From: Octopus vulgaris
Taxonomy: Eukaryota
Length of the DNA stretch: 64,000 nt
Direction of reading: 5' to 3'
Assembly: GCA_951406725.2 (NCBI GenBank)
Contig: OX597838.1
Location: 32,054,001 to 32,118,000 of the forward strand
In this document: in pieces, positions 13,539 to 26,799 of the stretch
How positions within the stretch are numbered: the first letter of the stretch is position 1
Layout: every line of letters starts with the position of its first letter
Made by a program: the position numbers and the translations under genes
The notes under the pieces: model-generated
The model's database searches: none
The model's input: only the letters and a program-made list of their open reading frames with translations
Told to the model about the DNA's origin: nothing

Positions 13539-13631
13539 ATCCTACAATTGTTTCAATTTGTACTCAATTAAATTACAAATTTATGTAAGAAATTTGCATT
13601 TATAAGTTGTGAGTAAAATACCGTCAGAGAT
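13539..13631 (-). ncRNA. Degenerate hammerhead motif
   Basis: Minus strand: AUCU-CUGACGG ... UACUCA/UGAGUA ... GAAAC-AAUU-GUA-GGAU; A9 is mutated. Lies in a module that starts at a (TA)n tract (~13483-13830). Confidence 0.5.
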
Positions 13632-14050
13632 ATATTAGACATTATAGGATTACTGGGTGAATAATTTGTCCTTTCCAACTGACTAAATATATGAAACTGT
13701 TTTAATTTCTTAGTGTATGTGTGAGAGTTAATGGATTAATTTAAATATAATAAAGAATAAAAAAAAAAAGAAAAAAAAATAACTCTCACCCATACACTAA
13801 GAAATTAAAATAATTTCATATATTATATATACAACAAAATATGACATAAAACAGTATGACATAACCACATGGCAGTGTATAATATATTCACACACACACA
13901 CACACACACAGCAGTATATAACATGTAGCAATATCACTGTCCAGTATAGGTATATAATAAATAGAGACATTTAATATATACCAGTCTGTATAACATCTCA
14001 CACAACAATATATAGAATATCAATATCACTGTATAATAAATATGCACCAG

Positions 14051-14082
<32 letters not shown>

Positions 14083-14304
14083 ATCAGTATACGGAATATC
14101 ACACAGTAAAAATACTATTTTCATGACTAGGTTTGAGTTAAGTTTTTTGAAATTTCATTATAAATGATGTAGTAACATAAGTTTTTCATGAAAGCTGTGG
14201 TTAAACGTTGTCATAAGTTATCTCCCTGGGCCCAGCAGACAAAATGGAAAAGGCATTGCCCTGGAGAATAGTGAGGGAGATGCACTGAAACTGTGCATAT
14301 CACA

Positions 14305-15372
14305 TACCACTCTATGATATACGCCAGAATATTACATATCACTGTATAATATACACCAGAATATCACATATCACTGTATAATATTCACTAGAATATCACA
14401 TATCACTATATAATATACACCAGTATATCACATATCACTGTATAATATTCACTAGAATATCACATATCACTATATAATATACACCAGAATATCACATATC
14501 ACTGTATAATATTCACTAGAATATCACATATCACTGTATAATATACATCAGAATATCACATATCACTGTATAATATTCACTAGTATATCACATATCACTG
14601 TATAATATACACCAGAATATCACATATCACTGTATAATATTCACTAGAATATCACATATCACTATATAATATACACCAGTATATCACATATCACTGTATA
14701 ATATACACCAGAATATCACATATCACTGTATAATATTCACTAGAATATAACATATCACTATATAATATACACCAGAATATCACATATCACTGTATAATAT
14801 TCACTAGAATATCACATATCACTATATAATATACACCAGTATATCACATATCACTGTATAATATACACCAGAATATCACATATCACTGTATAATATTCAC
14901 TAGAATATAACATATCACTGTATAATATACACCAGAATATCACATATCACTGTATAATATTCACTAGAATATCACATATCACTATATAATATACACCAGT
15001 ATATCACATATCACTGTATAATATACACCAGAATATCACATATCACTGTATAATATTCACTAGAATATCACATATCACTATATAATATACACCAGAATAT
15101 CACATATCACTGTATAATATTCACTAGAATATCACATATCACTATATAATATACACCAGAATATCACATATCACTATATAATATACACCAATATATCACA
15201 TATCACTGTATAATATTCACCAGAATATCACATATCACTATATACGATACACCAATATATCACATATCACTGCATAATATACACCAGAATATCACATATC
15301 ACTGTAGAATATACACCAGAATATCATATATCACTGTAGAATATACATCAGAATATCACATGTCACTGTATA
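14305..15372. repeat. 32-bp minisatellite, ~33 units
   Basis: Unit TATCACT(G/A)TATAATAT(ACACC/TCACT)AG(A/T)ATATCACA. Confidence 0.95.
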
Positions 15373-15435
15373 TGTGATATTCTGATATATACATATCACT
15401 GTATATAGCTGTATGTATATCATATTCCTCCTTTT

Positions 15436-16085
15436 CGCCTTCGGCCCAGTGCGTCCATGCTGCCAACAAAGCACGCGGAATTCTGTTCTTGATTCGACGG
15501 TCATTCGGAATGCTCACAGCAGCCATATTCCTACCACTCTATGTCACGCTGGTGAGACCCATATTGGAGTATGGGATTCAAGCCTCTTCTCCTTATCTCC
15601 TCAAAGACATACAGCATCTCGAAAGAGTCCAGAAGCTGGCTACCCGCATGGTTCATGGTCTCAAAAATTTGTCCTACGAAGAAAGGCTGAGGACGCTCGA
15701 CCTTTATTCTCTTGAAAAACGCCGCCGCTGTGGTGATCTCATTCTCGCCCACAACATCATAAGCGGAAAGTGTAACCTCTCGAAAGAGCTGTTCTTCACT
15801 CCTGCCCCAGAGCGTCGGCTGCGGGGTCATTCCGAAAAGCTCTACCTGCGACGATTTCATCTCAATCGAAGGAGAGGAGCTTTCTCCGTCCGGGTTGCGG
15901 ATCCGTGGAACAAGCTGCCAGACGAGATGGTGAAGATGCCGACGACCGCTTTGTTCAAAGTCTCCCTTGACCTCAAGTGGCCTGAACTCTTTACATGAAC
16001 ACCACCCTGTACTTAACTCCATGTCCCCCTACATGGCCTTGCTATTTGCTTTTGAGCCAAAAAATTAACTAACTAACTAACTAAC
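15436..16085 (+). mobile_element. Young 5'-truncated CR1-clade LINE, intronic, ~75 bp upstream of the 16160 exon
   Basis: Open frame to TGA at 15998: LYVTLVRPILEYG..LERVQKLATRMV..YEERL..RGH..RVADPWNKLP; (TAAC)n tail. Confidence 0.92.
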
Positions 16086-16159
16086 ATATGGCTGTCTATA
16101 ATGTATCTCACTTGATTGTTTAATTATATACATTTTCCCATTCATGATTCAATTTACAG

Positions 16160-16345
16160 GAAGATTTCACCAACATCGATCACTACGAGGATTTCGAATA
16201 TGTTGTGCCCCACAGCAAAGAGTCAGAAGAACCATTAAAAGTGACATTTCTGCTGAGCAAATTCAAGCATTTGCGAGGAAAACATATTTTACTGTATATT
16301 GGAACCTACAAGAATACCATGTTGGGACTGAGCAATGTGTTCGTG
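16160..16345 (+). CDS. INPP5K: Exon encoding the C-terminal half of the SKICH domain (same gene)
   Basis: aatttacag| acceptor and |gtgagt donor; 186 nt, phase 0/0, in frame with the previous exon. Translates EDFTNIDHYEDFEYVVPHSKESEEPLKVTFLLSKFKHLRGKHILLYIGTYKNTMLGLSNVFV, matching the SKICH end (hydrophobic-L-x-Y ... G-x-S-x-x-F). Confidence 0.82.
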
Positions 16346-18492
16346 GTGAGTGGACGTTTCTTCTTTTTCGCGCCTTTACTTGTTTCAGTCATTTGACCGC
16401 TGCCATGCTGGAGCACCGCCTTGAAGGGTTTTAGTCAAACAAATCAACCCCAGGACGCTTTTTTTTTTTTAAGCATAGTACTTATTCTATCAGTCTGATT
16501 TGCTGAACCGCTAAGTTATGGAGATGTAAACACACCAACACTGGTTGTCAAACGGTGATTGGAGGACAAACACAGATACAAAGACACACACAAATATATC
16601 TATCGAGGGTGACTGCTGGAAGACCTTATGTCTGGCAACAGGACTCTGCACCATGCCACAGAAGCAGGAGAATCCAGTCATGGGCTGTCGGGCAATTTCT
16701 GCGACCACATCACCCCTAACATCTGACCACCTAATAAAAGGACACAGATAGAGCCAATGTTTTAATAAATAGCTTTCATCTGTGCTTGCATACTGATATG
16801 ACGTACGACTTCTCGTTATCATTGTTATATCTGAACTGTTATGATATCAAACATTTCCTGATGTTCTCTTATTACTCTCCAACTGTGTATCTTCAACAAG
16901 CACTCCATGATATCTCTATTCAATAATTCCTACAACCTCTACACTATGACTGCACGTATGGCACTCTTCTCAGACTGTTCTACGCATGCTCATCATCATC
17001 ATCATCATCATTTAACATCCGCTTTCCATGCTAGCATGGGTTGGACGATTTGACTGAGGTCTGGCGAACCAGACTCCAATCTTGATTTGGCAGAGTTTCT
17101 ACAGCTGGATGCCCTTCCTAACGCCAACTACTCCGAGAGTGTAGTGGGTGCTTTTACGTGCCACTGGCACGAGGTCCAGTCAGGTGGTACTGGCAACGGC
17201 CACGCCCAAATGGTGCTTTTTACGTGCCACCTGCACAGGAGCCAGTCCAGCGGCACTGGCGACGTCCTCACTCGAATGTTTCACATGCCACCAGCACAAG
17301 TGCCAGTAAGGCGACTCGGTAACGATCATTTATACTAACTAGTATTGTTCACTTAGCCAATCACAGCGGTGTACAGATTCCCCATACAACACGTACAATA
17401 ATGGTCAAAATCTGAAATAAATCACTAATTTATCCCCCAACAATGGCTCACTGGAAAGTCCTTTTCTTTCACATAAAACTCTTGCTTATATTGTCAGTTC
17501 TACTGAATAACAGTGTTTTCGAACTCAATAAATATTCTGGTCTTTTTTTTTTACAAAAAAAAAAAAAAAAAAAGAAGCTCTTCCCTTGAATTTATCTGAA
17601 ACCTTTTATCATTTATATTGGAATTTGGATTTTATTTGGAACAATTACTTTTCTCTGTACACTTTGGCTGCTGAAATTCCCCCCAAAATTATCAACATTG
17701 AAAGGAGAAAATTGTGAGCCAATTAACTTGACGTATTTTACATGTAAGGTTTTGTAAACAATAATTAATGAGACTGTAATTTTAATTACAAGATGTTGAA
17801 TACTTTGTGTGGAAAAATTAAAGGACACAGTTTATGGTTTTTAAGTAAAAACTTAACTGTACCCCAGTTATTGCTATATAAAGTCCTCGGGTTCAATCCC
17901 TTACTAAAATTTACTTTTTATCCTTTTCTATTTTTGGTTCTTCCAGTAAATTGCCAAAAATCTTTCTTCTTAACACACCTCAATATATCAAAGTTGATAA
18001 AGGGTTTATCATAAAAAAGGGATGTGTTTTCAGGGGTCCCTCTCAAAGTAGTTTCTTAGTTCTGGTTCAGTTCCTTTCTTTGGGCTTTGCCTAAAATGGT
18101 AAAAAAATAGTTTTGTGTATTTGTTTGTCTGTTGTTTATTTTCTGAGAAGAATGGTGACAAGTGTGGAGTTACTGGCATTAGGAAGGGCATCCAACTGTA
18201 GAAACCTTGCCAAAACAAACAGCTGGAGCCTGGTGCAGCTTTCCAAATTGGCATCTCCTCTTAAACCATCCAAGCCATGCCAGCATGGAGAACTGAGTTA
18301 GATTGTGACGATGATGACGATATGACGATGATGACAACATGACGATGATGACGACGACGCCCACAGAGTTACTCAAGTGCAACATTGCTGATCTATTTAA
18401 TATGAATGTAAATTACTTTCATATAAAATAGATCAGGAATGAGATAACAGTCCATAGTTTTTGTGGTGTATAATTATTTACATTAAGTAAAG

Positions 18493-18535
<43 letters not shown>

Positions 18536-19038
18536 GCATATATATATGTATATGTATGACACTACTCATCATCATCATCATCATTTAATATCTGTTTTGC
18601 TGATGAAACAGAGGACAGAACCAAGCTGTTCTTTGACATGGTTTCTATGGCTGGATGCCTTTCTTAATACCAAAAAGAAAGGTTCTGGTGTCAGGAAGGG
18701 CATCCAGCTGTAAAAATCCTGCCAAAACAGCCACAGAAGTCTGGTGCAGTTTTCGGCTTGGCTGACCCTTGTGAAACTGCCCCACCCATGACAGCATGGA
18801 AGGCAGATGTAAAACGATGATGATGATGATGAGGCACACCATACACAGTACTGGAGATGAATAATTAAACACCCATAAAGGCATTAGGGGTTAATGAGAA
18901 GCAATCTTAATTTTGTTAATTGCATTAATTTAGCTGAGAGAGTGGGTTTGAAACTGAATTATCAGTTTAGATCATTTATAACAAAAGATAGAAATATTTT
19001 GATGCTTAAAGATGTCTTCAATTCATTATGGACAGAGG

Positions 19039-19500
19039 ACATCATCATCATCATTGTTCGACTGTGGTCAAGACAATGGAATTTACCATGCTACACCAGA
19101 CTTCACGGTCCATCATAGCATTACGGAGGTCCTGTTGCTGGATGCCTGTATCCCTGGAGATTACATCAGGGTAGGAGAGTGTGCGTTCTCTGGTATTGCG
19201 AGTAGATGGCTTCCAGAGGAGAAGAGTAGAAATTACCTCTTTTTCAGCTCTACAACAATGTCCAGCAAACTGGACTCTCCTACCTTTCACAAAAGATGAC
19301 ACAGATGGTAGTTTCCCATATATTTGCATTTTGGTTGGATGACGCTTCCACAAGTGATTTTGAGCTCTCATAAGGAGGCGAGTGTAGGTTCCATCCAACT
19401 GCCTCTCAAGCTTCTTTGATAACGTCCAGGTTTCTGAGCCATATAGTAGAGTTGGTTCGACTGTGGATTTGAAGATTTCAAGTTTGAAACAGAGGACATA
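19039..19500 (-). mobile_element. RTE-clade LINE 3' end
   Basis: IFKSTVEPTLLYGSETWTL..RRVQFAGHCCR; (GAT)n tail. Confidence 0.88.
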
Positions 19501-19672
19501 ATGTAACAGCATTGGTCTGACATTTTTAGAGGCCAGTTCTTTGTAGCACCTTGCGTACACATTGATCCAATCGCCGAAGTTAAGCAATTTTGGGCCTAGT
19601 TTAGTACTTAGATGAGTGACTGCTTGGGAAATGTGGCACTGTGAGCAGATTTTTATACTGTGTACTCTTGAG

Positions 19673-20172
19673 CAGTGCTACTCAAAGTGGTGCTCTGCAG
19701 ACCAGTGCCGGTCCATGAGCCATCAGCTGCCAGTACGCGGTGAGTTTCCAGAGAAGAAAGAAACATTATAAAATGCTTATGTAATATTGTATTATTTGTT
19801 TACAAAACATAAGGTAAAAAAATTGTCGACTTTTATTATATTCATTAAATATATTATTAAATCTCAGAACGAGATGTAAGCAGTAACCGCTCGACAATGT
19901 AAAGTATAAAAGCCATCTCAATATGGCTAACCACAAAGCGGGGTGGGGGGTGGGGGGTTACTGTAGCTTTTTAGCTACGATGATCTCCTGGGGCTAAAAA
20001 GCTACAGTAACACCCCCCCTCCTTTGTGGTCAGCCATATTGAGATGGCTTTTATACTTTACATTATATATATTGTTTCTGGTATTAATTAATCTTACTAA
20101 GAAATGTCCCTGGCACATTGGAAAAGAAAAAAGACTGCTGGTAAGCCAGATCTGATAGTTTGAGAAGCACTG
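19673..20172. mobile_element. hAT (Charlie-like) MITE with a nested foldback
   Basis: TIR CAGTGCTACTCAAA/TTTGAGAAGCACTG; 8-bp TSD CTCTTGAG/CTCTAGAG. Confidence 0.85.
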
Positions 20173-20887
20173 CTCTAGAGTACTGTACTCAGAATCTAAT
20201 ATGACCAGAGAAGCTAAAGAGAGGAAGATTGCATGGAAAGTAAAAGGCCCACTGGGTCCTGATTCTGGTATTATGTGCCCCTCACTGTAACTGCAGATTT
20301 CATGCCAAAATTGGCCTCAGGACCCACAAAATACAAAGGGTAGAAGGGTAAAGACCCCCTTCGGTCATGAATGACCATGGGATTGCACCTAGAAAGTTGC
20401 CCTCCAAGGTACAAGTCCGGGCAAGGTTGTTTATGGAAGACCAGCAGTCACCCATGCATACCAGCCTCCCCTCTGCACACCACTGATGTTATCCAAGGGA
20501 AAGGCAAAGGGGCCGATACAGCATGGCACCAGTGACAGTGAAACTCGTTTCTACAGCTGAGTGAAGTGGAGCAATGTGAAATAAAGTGTCTTTCTCAGGA
20601 ACACAACACATAGTCTGGTCCGGGAATTGAACTCACAACCTCACGATCATAAACTCGATGCTCTAACCACTGAGCCATGAACCTTCACAGTACAAAACTG
20701 ATAACCTAGTCATCTTCAGATACATGAAGGCCAAAACCTAACAATAGTGGTATAATATTTTACATTATATATTGTTAGTACAGTATAGCAATATTGGGAC
20801 AACATATTTAGATGTAATTAATACAATATAATTACATAGGTACATTTTAGATATACACACACACATGTATTTAGTTGGTATGATATA

Positions 20888-21049
20888 CTGTATTTTAATG
20901 AGTATAAGGAACCCCCTAATTCTTGGAGCTTAAAATTTAGAAAAAAGGTTTTGAAAGGGATTATAATACTATCCATGTATAAGAAACCCCAATATTTTTA
21001 AACCTAATTTTTGACGAAAAAAGGGTTCATTTTACACATTAAAATACGG
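20888..21049. mobile_element. TA-flanked MITE
   Basis: TIRs CTGTATTTTAATGAGTA / TACACATTAAAATACGG. Confidence 0.6.
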
Positions 21050-21263
21050 TAGTTATGTTGATTGGTATGATATATGTAATTAGCACAATACAGTAATGGT
21101 ACATTTTATATATTTATATATATATATATATATATATATTATAACTCGCTCTAAGATTTATTATTGCTTGATTACACCTTTCCGATATCAGTGTCTTTGC
21201 GATACTGGAAAAGGGATAAGTGTTTGTGAAGGGAACCTACTTTTCATCGCCAACTGTGATTGT

Positions 21264-21308
21264 CACACGCCGATGACGGGTCAATACCCAGAAACTCGAG
21301 TCCGTGTG
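21264..21308 (+). ncRNA. Minimal type-I hammerhead, near-intact variant core
   Basis: CACACG-CCGAUGA-C-GGGU-caau-ACCC-A-GAAA-C-UCGA-GUC-CGUGUG: perfect 6-bp stem I, palindromic loop III and a GUC triplet. Deviations are U4->C and a C.A mismatch at the base of stem II. Confidence 0.72.
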
Positions 21309-21472
21309 TATCATAAGTTGGAGACGGGAAGGATGGCTTCCCTTAGCAAATATTGATAGGGCATAGAAAATGTGTCTATAGCCAGCTGGGGGAGGTGTCC
21401 TCCTGGGGCTACAAAGTACAGTAGCATCCACCATTAGGGGTTAGCCATATTTAAATGGCAAATATACGTCAC

Positions 21473-21512
<40 letters not shown>

Positions 21513-21781
21513 TTTATGTGTGTATATATGTAGTTGACACGGTATACCAATATTGGTATGGTATTTTAGATATATATATGATTAATACAATGTTGGCAGA
21601 ATTTGAACTCAGAACCTACAGATGGACGAAATAGTGCTAAGCATTTTGCCTGGTATGCTTATAGTTCTTCCAGCTCACTGCTTTAGTATGCTTTAGTAGT
21701 GCCCTAGTATGGTACATTCTTAGAAATCAGTCAATATGTTATGAGGCAATCATACAGTACACATATTTATATATATAGATA

Positions 21782-22181
21782 GGCGCAGGAGTGGCTGTGT
21801 GGTAAGTAGCTTGTTTACCAACCACATGGTTCTGGGTTCAGTCCCACTGTGTGGCACCTTGGGCAAGTGTCTTCTACTATAGCCTCGGGCCGACCAAAGC
21901 CTTGTGAGTGGATTTGGTAGACGGAAACTGAAAGAAGCCTGTCGTATATATGCATATATATATGTATGTGCGTGTATGTTTGTGTATCTGTGTTTGTCCC
22001 CCTAGCATTGCTTGACAACCGATGCTGGTGTGTTTACGTCCCCGTTACTTAGCGGTTCGGCAAAAGAGACCAATAGAATAAGTACTGGGCTTACAAAAGA
22101 ATAAGTCCCGGGGTCGAGTTGCTCGACTAAAGGCGGTGCTCCAGCATGGCCGCAGTCAAATGACTGAAACAAGTAAAAGAG

Positions 22182-22182
<1 letters not shown>
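21782..22182 (+). mobile_element. tRNA-derived SINE family A (representative copy). Other + copies at ~7031, 27330, 41547, 43940, 44380, 45798, 47097, 48091, 49150 and 59940; - fragments at ~16375 and 26865
   Basis: A box TGGCTGTGTGG and B box GGTTCAGTCCC; internal (TA)n(TG)n; tail GCTCCAGCATGGCCGCAG..(GTAAAAGA)n. Many highly similar copies. Confidence 0.9.
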
Positions 22183-22220
<38 letters not shown>

Positions 22221-22720
22221 GTAAATATAGTAATAACCTGATAGAGGATTTGTTCAGCTTTAAGTTTGGGCTGGTGTGTTGTTGTTTGCAGAGCAATTAT
22301 TTTTATTTTTATTTTCTCGGCTATGAACTATTTCTTGCTGTAAGTTGCTATAGTTTTGTTGCTACAACGTGTTTCAGTAAGAGGCCAGAATGTTTTGTTG
22401 TTGCTGTCGTTGTTGTTGTTGTTGTTGTTTGAGAGAGAGACGAAATATCTTCTTCTGAAGCTGGCGTGGTTGATAAAAGACAGAAATGGCAAGAGGGTGT
22501 CAGGTATCTGTAGACAAATAAAGGTTCTGTTAAAATAGATCTCTTGGAACTGCATGTATGTGTATATATGCGTGTGTGTGTGTGTGTGTGTATGTGTGTG
22601 TGTGTGTGTGTGTATGCATGTGTCTGTGTGTATGCAGGGACAGAGAAATGCATACTGACAGCAGCTGTTTGTATATGCAAGCATATATACAACATATGCA
22701 CTTCTAATTGATTGTATATA

Positions 22721-22753
<33 letters not shown>

Positions 22754-23026
22754 ACATATGTATGTATGTATGTATGTATACATATGTATGTATGTATGTA
22801 TGTATACATATGTATGTATGTATGTATGTATACATATGTATGTATACATATGTATGTATACATATGTATGTATGTATGTATACATATGTACATAGGTACT
22901 TGCAATTGTTTGTATTATGTGTGTGTATGTATGTATATATATATATATATATTTATCATGATCATAACATCAAGTTATATATTATTTTCACATGCTGATA
23001 TACACATACACTTATATTTGTACATT

Positions 23027-23058
<32 letters not shown>

Positions 23059-23550
23059 CACATACACACACACTGGTGCTTATGCAACCTTTGGGGATCT
23101 GCCCAAAAACACCCTCCAACCCCCCAGCTCCCAAAAAGCTACAGATATAGTACCACTGTACTCATTCCAACCCTACAAGAAGACCAACCCATACACCATA
23201 CACACATTTCCAGAAAACTCTTGAAGCCTTTCAACACCCCATAAACCATTTTTGGTGCCAAGGGACTTAACTTTTATCTTAACCCTTGTCCAGTTCGTTT
23301 AGTCATCTTTTTTCCACACCAAACACAAACTAGATGTGTCTATTCACTGCCAATAATTGAGAGCAGTTGCCATATTTTCATCCGTAACTGCCAGCTCTGA
23401 AGAGTGCAGAGTTTCAGAATCTGGCTATTACCTAACACCCCATTGAACCTCTAGTGCAAAACCAATTGTTAAGATCAACTATAATGGATATATAATAGTA
23501 GGCAATTCCAAAATTTGAGGTATCTGGTTGATTTGTATTGGTGAAGTTAA

Positions 23551-23771
23551 CTTTTTAGTATTCAAATTATTCTGTTAAATGTGACGTTTGTTTATTAACA
23601 TTCTCTTGAATTAATCATGCATTATCTTGTAGTTTAGAAGATTTCAGTGATGTGATTGTTTAGTTTTAGAATGACATTGTAGGGTAGGTGTGAGAGGCCA
23701 GATCTGGTCAGTGTCAATATAAAACAAGTTAAATATTTTGGCCGGATATGGTCAGTTTGAATGCTAAAGGT
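23551..23771. mobile_element. Older piggyBac-type MITE
   Basis: TTAA-flanked imperfect TIRs CTTTTTAGTATTCAAA / TTTGAATGCTAAAGGT. Confidence 0.6.
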
Positions 23772-23901
23772 TTAATCTAAATAGACAAATGGCTTACACA
23801 CATATGTGTGTGTATACACACATACTCTCACACACACACACACACACATATGCACATACACACAAACTTATTTTTTATTATCTTTTCTCTGTCTTTCACA
23901 G

Positions 23902-23913
23902 ATCAACCACTGA
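23902..23913 (+). CDS. INPP5K: Probable terminal coding exon (I-N-H-stop) followed by 3' UTR
   Basis: Strong acceptor tcttttctctgtctttcacag|ATC AAC CAC TGA; phase 0 completes the SKICH F-x-I end. A candidate AATAAA lies at 24732-24737. The coding part is very short, so support is circumstantial. Confidence 0.6.
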   Translation: MNH

Positions 23914-24756
23914 AGACCAAAAACCACGTGTGATGTTGTGGAGTTCAGTTCAGTCTATTCTCCTTGGTGCTAACTGAGTCTGTCGGCTCATCTCTTTGAT
24001 GTCATCCTGACTTTCTCACAGAACATTGGTCCTTTGTCGTTGGTGTGAGGAAGGAGAAGAAAAAGGAAGGAGTGAGAGTCTCCTTCAACGCCAACTCCCC
24101 CCTCCTTTCTCTCTCTCTCTCATGATCTCACCTCTTCCTCCTCCTCCTTCTCTACTGAAATAGCGTGACTGATCTCTCTGGTTTGACACAGTGTGTATGT
24201 CAGTATGTACACAGATTGTACTTATATATATATAGATATATATACACACATACTGATGGATGGACGGATGTGTACATGCGAATACACGAGATGGGGGGTG
24301 GGCCATACGCTCTCCATCTGTCTTGCAATCCTGACCATGTTACCATAACAACAGACTAGTTTTTTTTTTAAATTCCTTGACAACACTGCCACTCATTCCC
24401 CACCCAAATGTTATTTTCTTACCCCCCACCACTCACCACCACACTCTCTCTCTTTCATTTTATAATCCTCATACTTAATTCCATCATACCCTTAAACTAC
24501 CATTCCTAAATCTCCCACCTTCATATATATATATATATATATGCATATAACATTAAAGAGGGCATGCACCTCCACCAAGCATGTCTGAAGAATTGTCAAC
24601 ATTGCTAAGTGCAATAGACGGTGCAAAACCATGGCTACTGTTTTGACCAGTTACGTCAGACCTTCAAACCGGAAGTGGCATTTTTCTTGGGATAACATTT
24701 ACATTTGTATATACGCATAAATGTTTACTCAAATAAAATTGCATTTCATGTTCGAT

Positions 24757-24835
24757 GCTCTGATGAAGCTGTAAGGTGATACACAAGCATTCAACTATGA
24801 ATGCATTGCATCTTATAGCAGAAACGGCTGGGAGC
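24757..24835 (+). ncRNA. Degenerate hammerhead motif
   Basis: GCU-CUGAUGA-A, then an 11-bp stem II (GCUGUAAGGUG/CAUCUUAUAGC, with inner hairpin GCAUUCA/UGAAUGC), then A-GAAAC-GGCU-GGG-AGC. The cleavage triplet reads GGG, so it is predicted inactive. Confidence 0.6.
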
Positions 24836-24984
24836 TAATGAAGTTCCTTACATCACTTTTTTTTATTCCTTTGTCATTTATTTCATTTCCTATCACTGTT
24901 CTGTATTTGACTAACATTTTTTTTATCTGAAGCATATTTATATTGAGTTCTAACACCAGGTTATTAATATCACTATGCATAAGC

Positions 24985-25068
<84 letters not shown>

Positions 25069-25559
25069 GTATATGTATATGCATGCATGTATATACAGAG
25101 GGAGAGAGAATGAATGTATATGTGTGTTTTTAAAGTGTGTCCTGTTAAACTATGGGAAACAATATAATAATGTAAAAATGTAAATACCCTCCAATCACTT
25201 TGTGTCTTGTTTAAGGCCTGGAACATAAATCTGAATTTCAAGGGCCAATGTTTATGTCCAGATTTTAAGAGATGGTGCTTAACTGCCATTTTTAAGGGCC
25301 GATTCTTGTCCCCCGTTTAAGGGCTGGTATTTAGCTACAAAAAACCTTTTGACAGGATGCCTGGTTATTATTAAAGGCAACATACTCATTTATTATGGGG
25401 ATCCATATTCTACCATTGACAGCCAGGTGGACTGAGGCATTGTTTGTTGAATAAAGTGTTGTGTCTGGGAGCACAACAGAACACCAACAGCAGTTTTGAT
25501 CCCAGGACCTCTAGGTGTGCAGATTTGGACCTTATCCACACAGACATTTCAGGTCTATA

Positions 25560-25700
25560 CACAACATCTCACCTCCACTCAGATACCTCACCTCCACTCA
25601 GATACCTCACCTCCACTCAAACACCTCACCACTATTCACACATCCAACCTCTACTCACACAACCAACCTCTACTCGAATATCTCACCTCCACTCACATAT
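25560..25700. repeat. 19-bp degenerate tandem repeat
   Basis: Unit ACCTCCACTCAGATACCTC. Confidence 0.75.
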
Positions 25701-26764
25701 TCTACTTATACTCAAACATAGCAGTTGCTATGAGCTAGGGTAGCTCATTGCTTTTAAGGTTCTCATTGTTGCAAACAATGTGTAGTTAGAAAATTTACTT
25801 TACAGCTTCATAGTTTTCTTGGTTCAATCCTGCTCTCCTGCACCACGGCTAGTGTCTTGCACCATGGGTCAAGTTGACCAAAAACAAAAAACCTTTACAA
25901 AAGCCCATTAGATGAATTATATGTTCTTGTGCGATTAATTCATCTTCCAGTTTAACCCCACTTCTTTGTGGACCCTTAGATACCCCTTAAGGAAGTCCAA
26001 CTCTGTTGTAAGTATTCAAACCAAATCTCAAAGGTTCTGATAATAACTTGTCTTAACCTGCAGTTAAATACTGTAATAATCCACAAATCATGGCCCCTTC
26101 TTTTCTGTCTACCCCCACACACACATTGCCCTCAAGATGTGACAGAAAATTATCATAGATTTACACAATAAAAGGGGTAAAAAATAAAAACAAACAAACT
26201 CTGTCTGTCAGCCGTAAGCGAGTATGATTTGGTATCAAGCACCATGCTTTTGTTAATTGTTTCAGGAGCTTGTGTGTTTATGAGCTAGACATAGGCACCG
26301 TCTCAGCCCACCCTCATTCCACCCTTGATCCTGCAGAATGTTCATGATGTGACAACCGAAAGAAGAAAGAGCTGCTGAGAGGAGTGAAGCGGTGTGAAGT
26401 GGAGCACCTTGCTCAAGGTGTAGGAATTGAAACCCATAACTTTATGATCAAGAGCCGAACACCCTAAACACTAGGGCATGCCCCTTTTCAGACTAAGAAA
26501 TAAAACAAAAAATGAAAAGAAAAAAACAAGACAAACCTAGGATGAGAATATTTTTTTAATTACTCATGAAGTAGTATAATATCTATATTTTTACAACCAC
26601 GTATAAATTTATATTTCTAGATCTTTCCTTGAAAACCAAATTCATTAGTTATTTTAACCATCATAGACAACGCAGTGCCATTCTGAGGAAGATACACTGC
26701 TGCTCCCAAAATACCCCCAAATCCTTGTTCTCTCTCATTTTCTTCATATATAAACATATATATA

Positions 26765-26799
<35 letters not shown>

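Noticed and set aside
14305-15372. Possible CRISPR-like array (32-bp period)
   Set aside because: Head-to-tail tandem units with no unique spacers, in a eukaryotic context.
21782-21855. tRNA genes at SINE heads
   Set aside because: A/B boxes continue into multi-copy SINE bodies; no complete cloverleaf was evident.
25190-25228. Minus-strand ttccag|ALNKTQ as a last SRM exon
   Set aside because: Only a 3-residue match, no nearby stop, and no intervening exon found.
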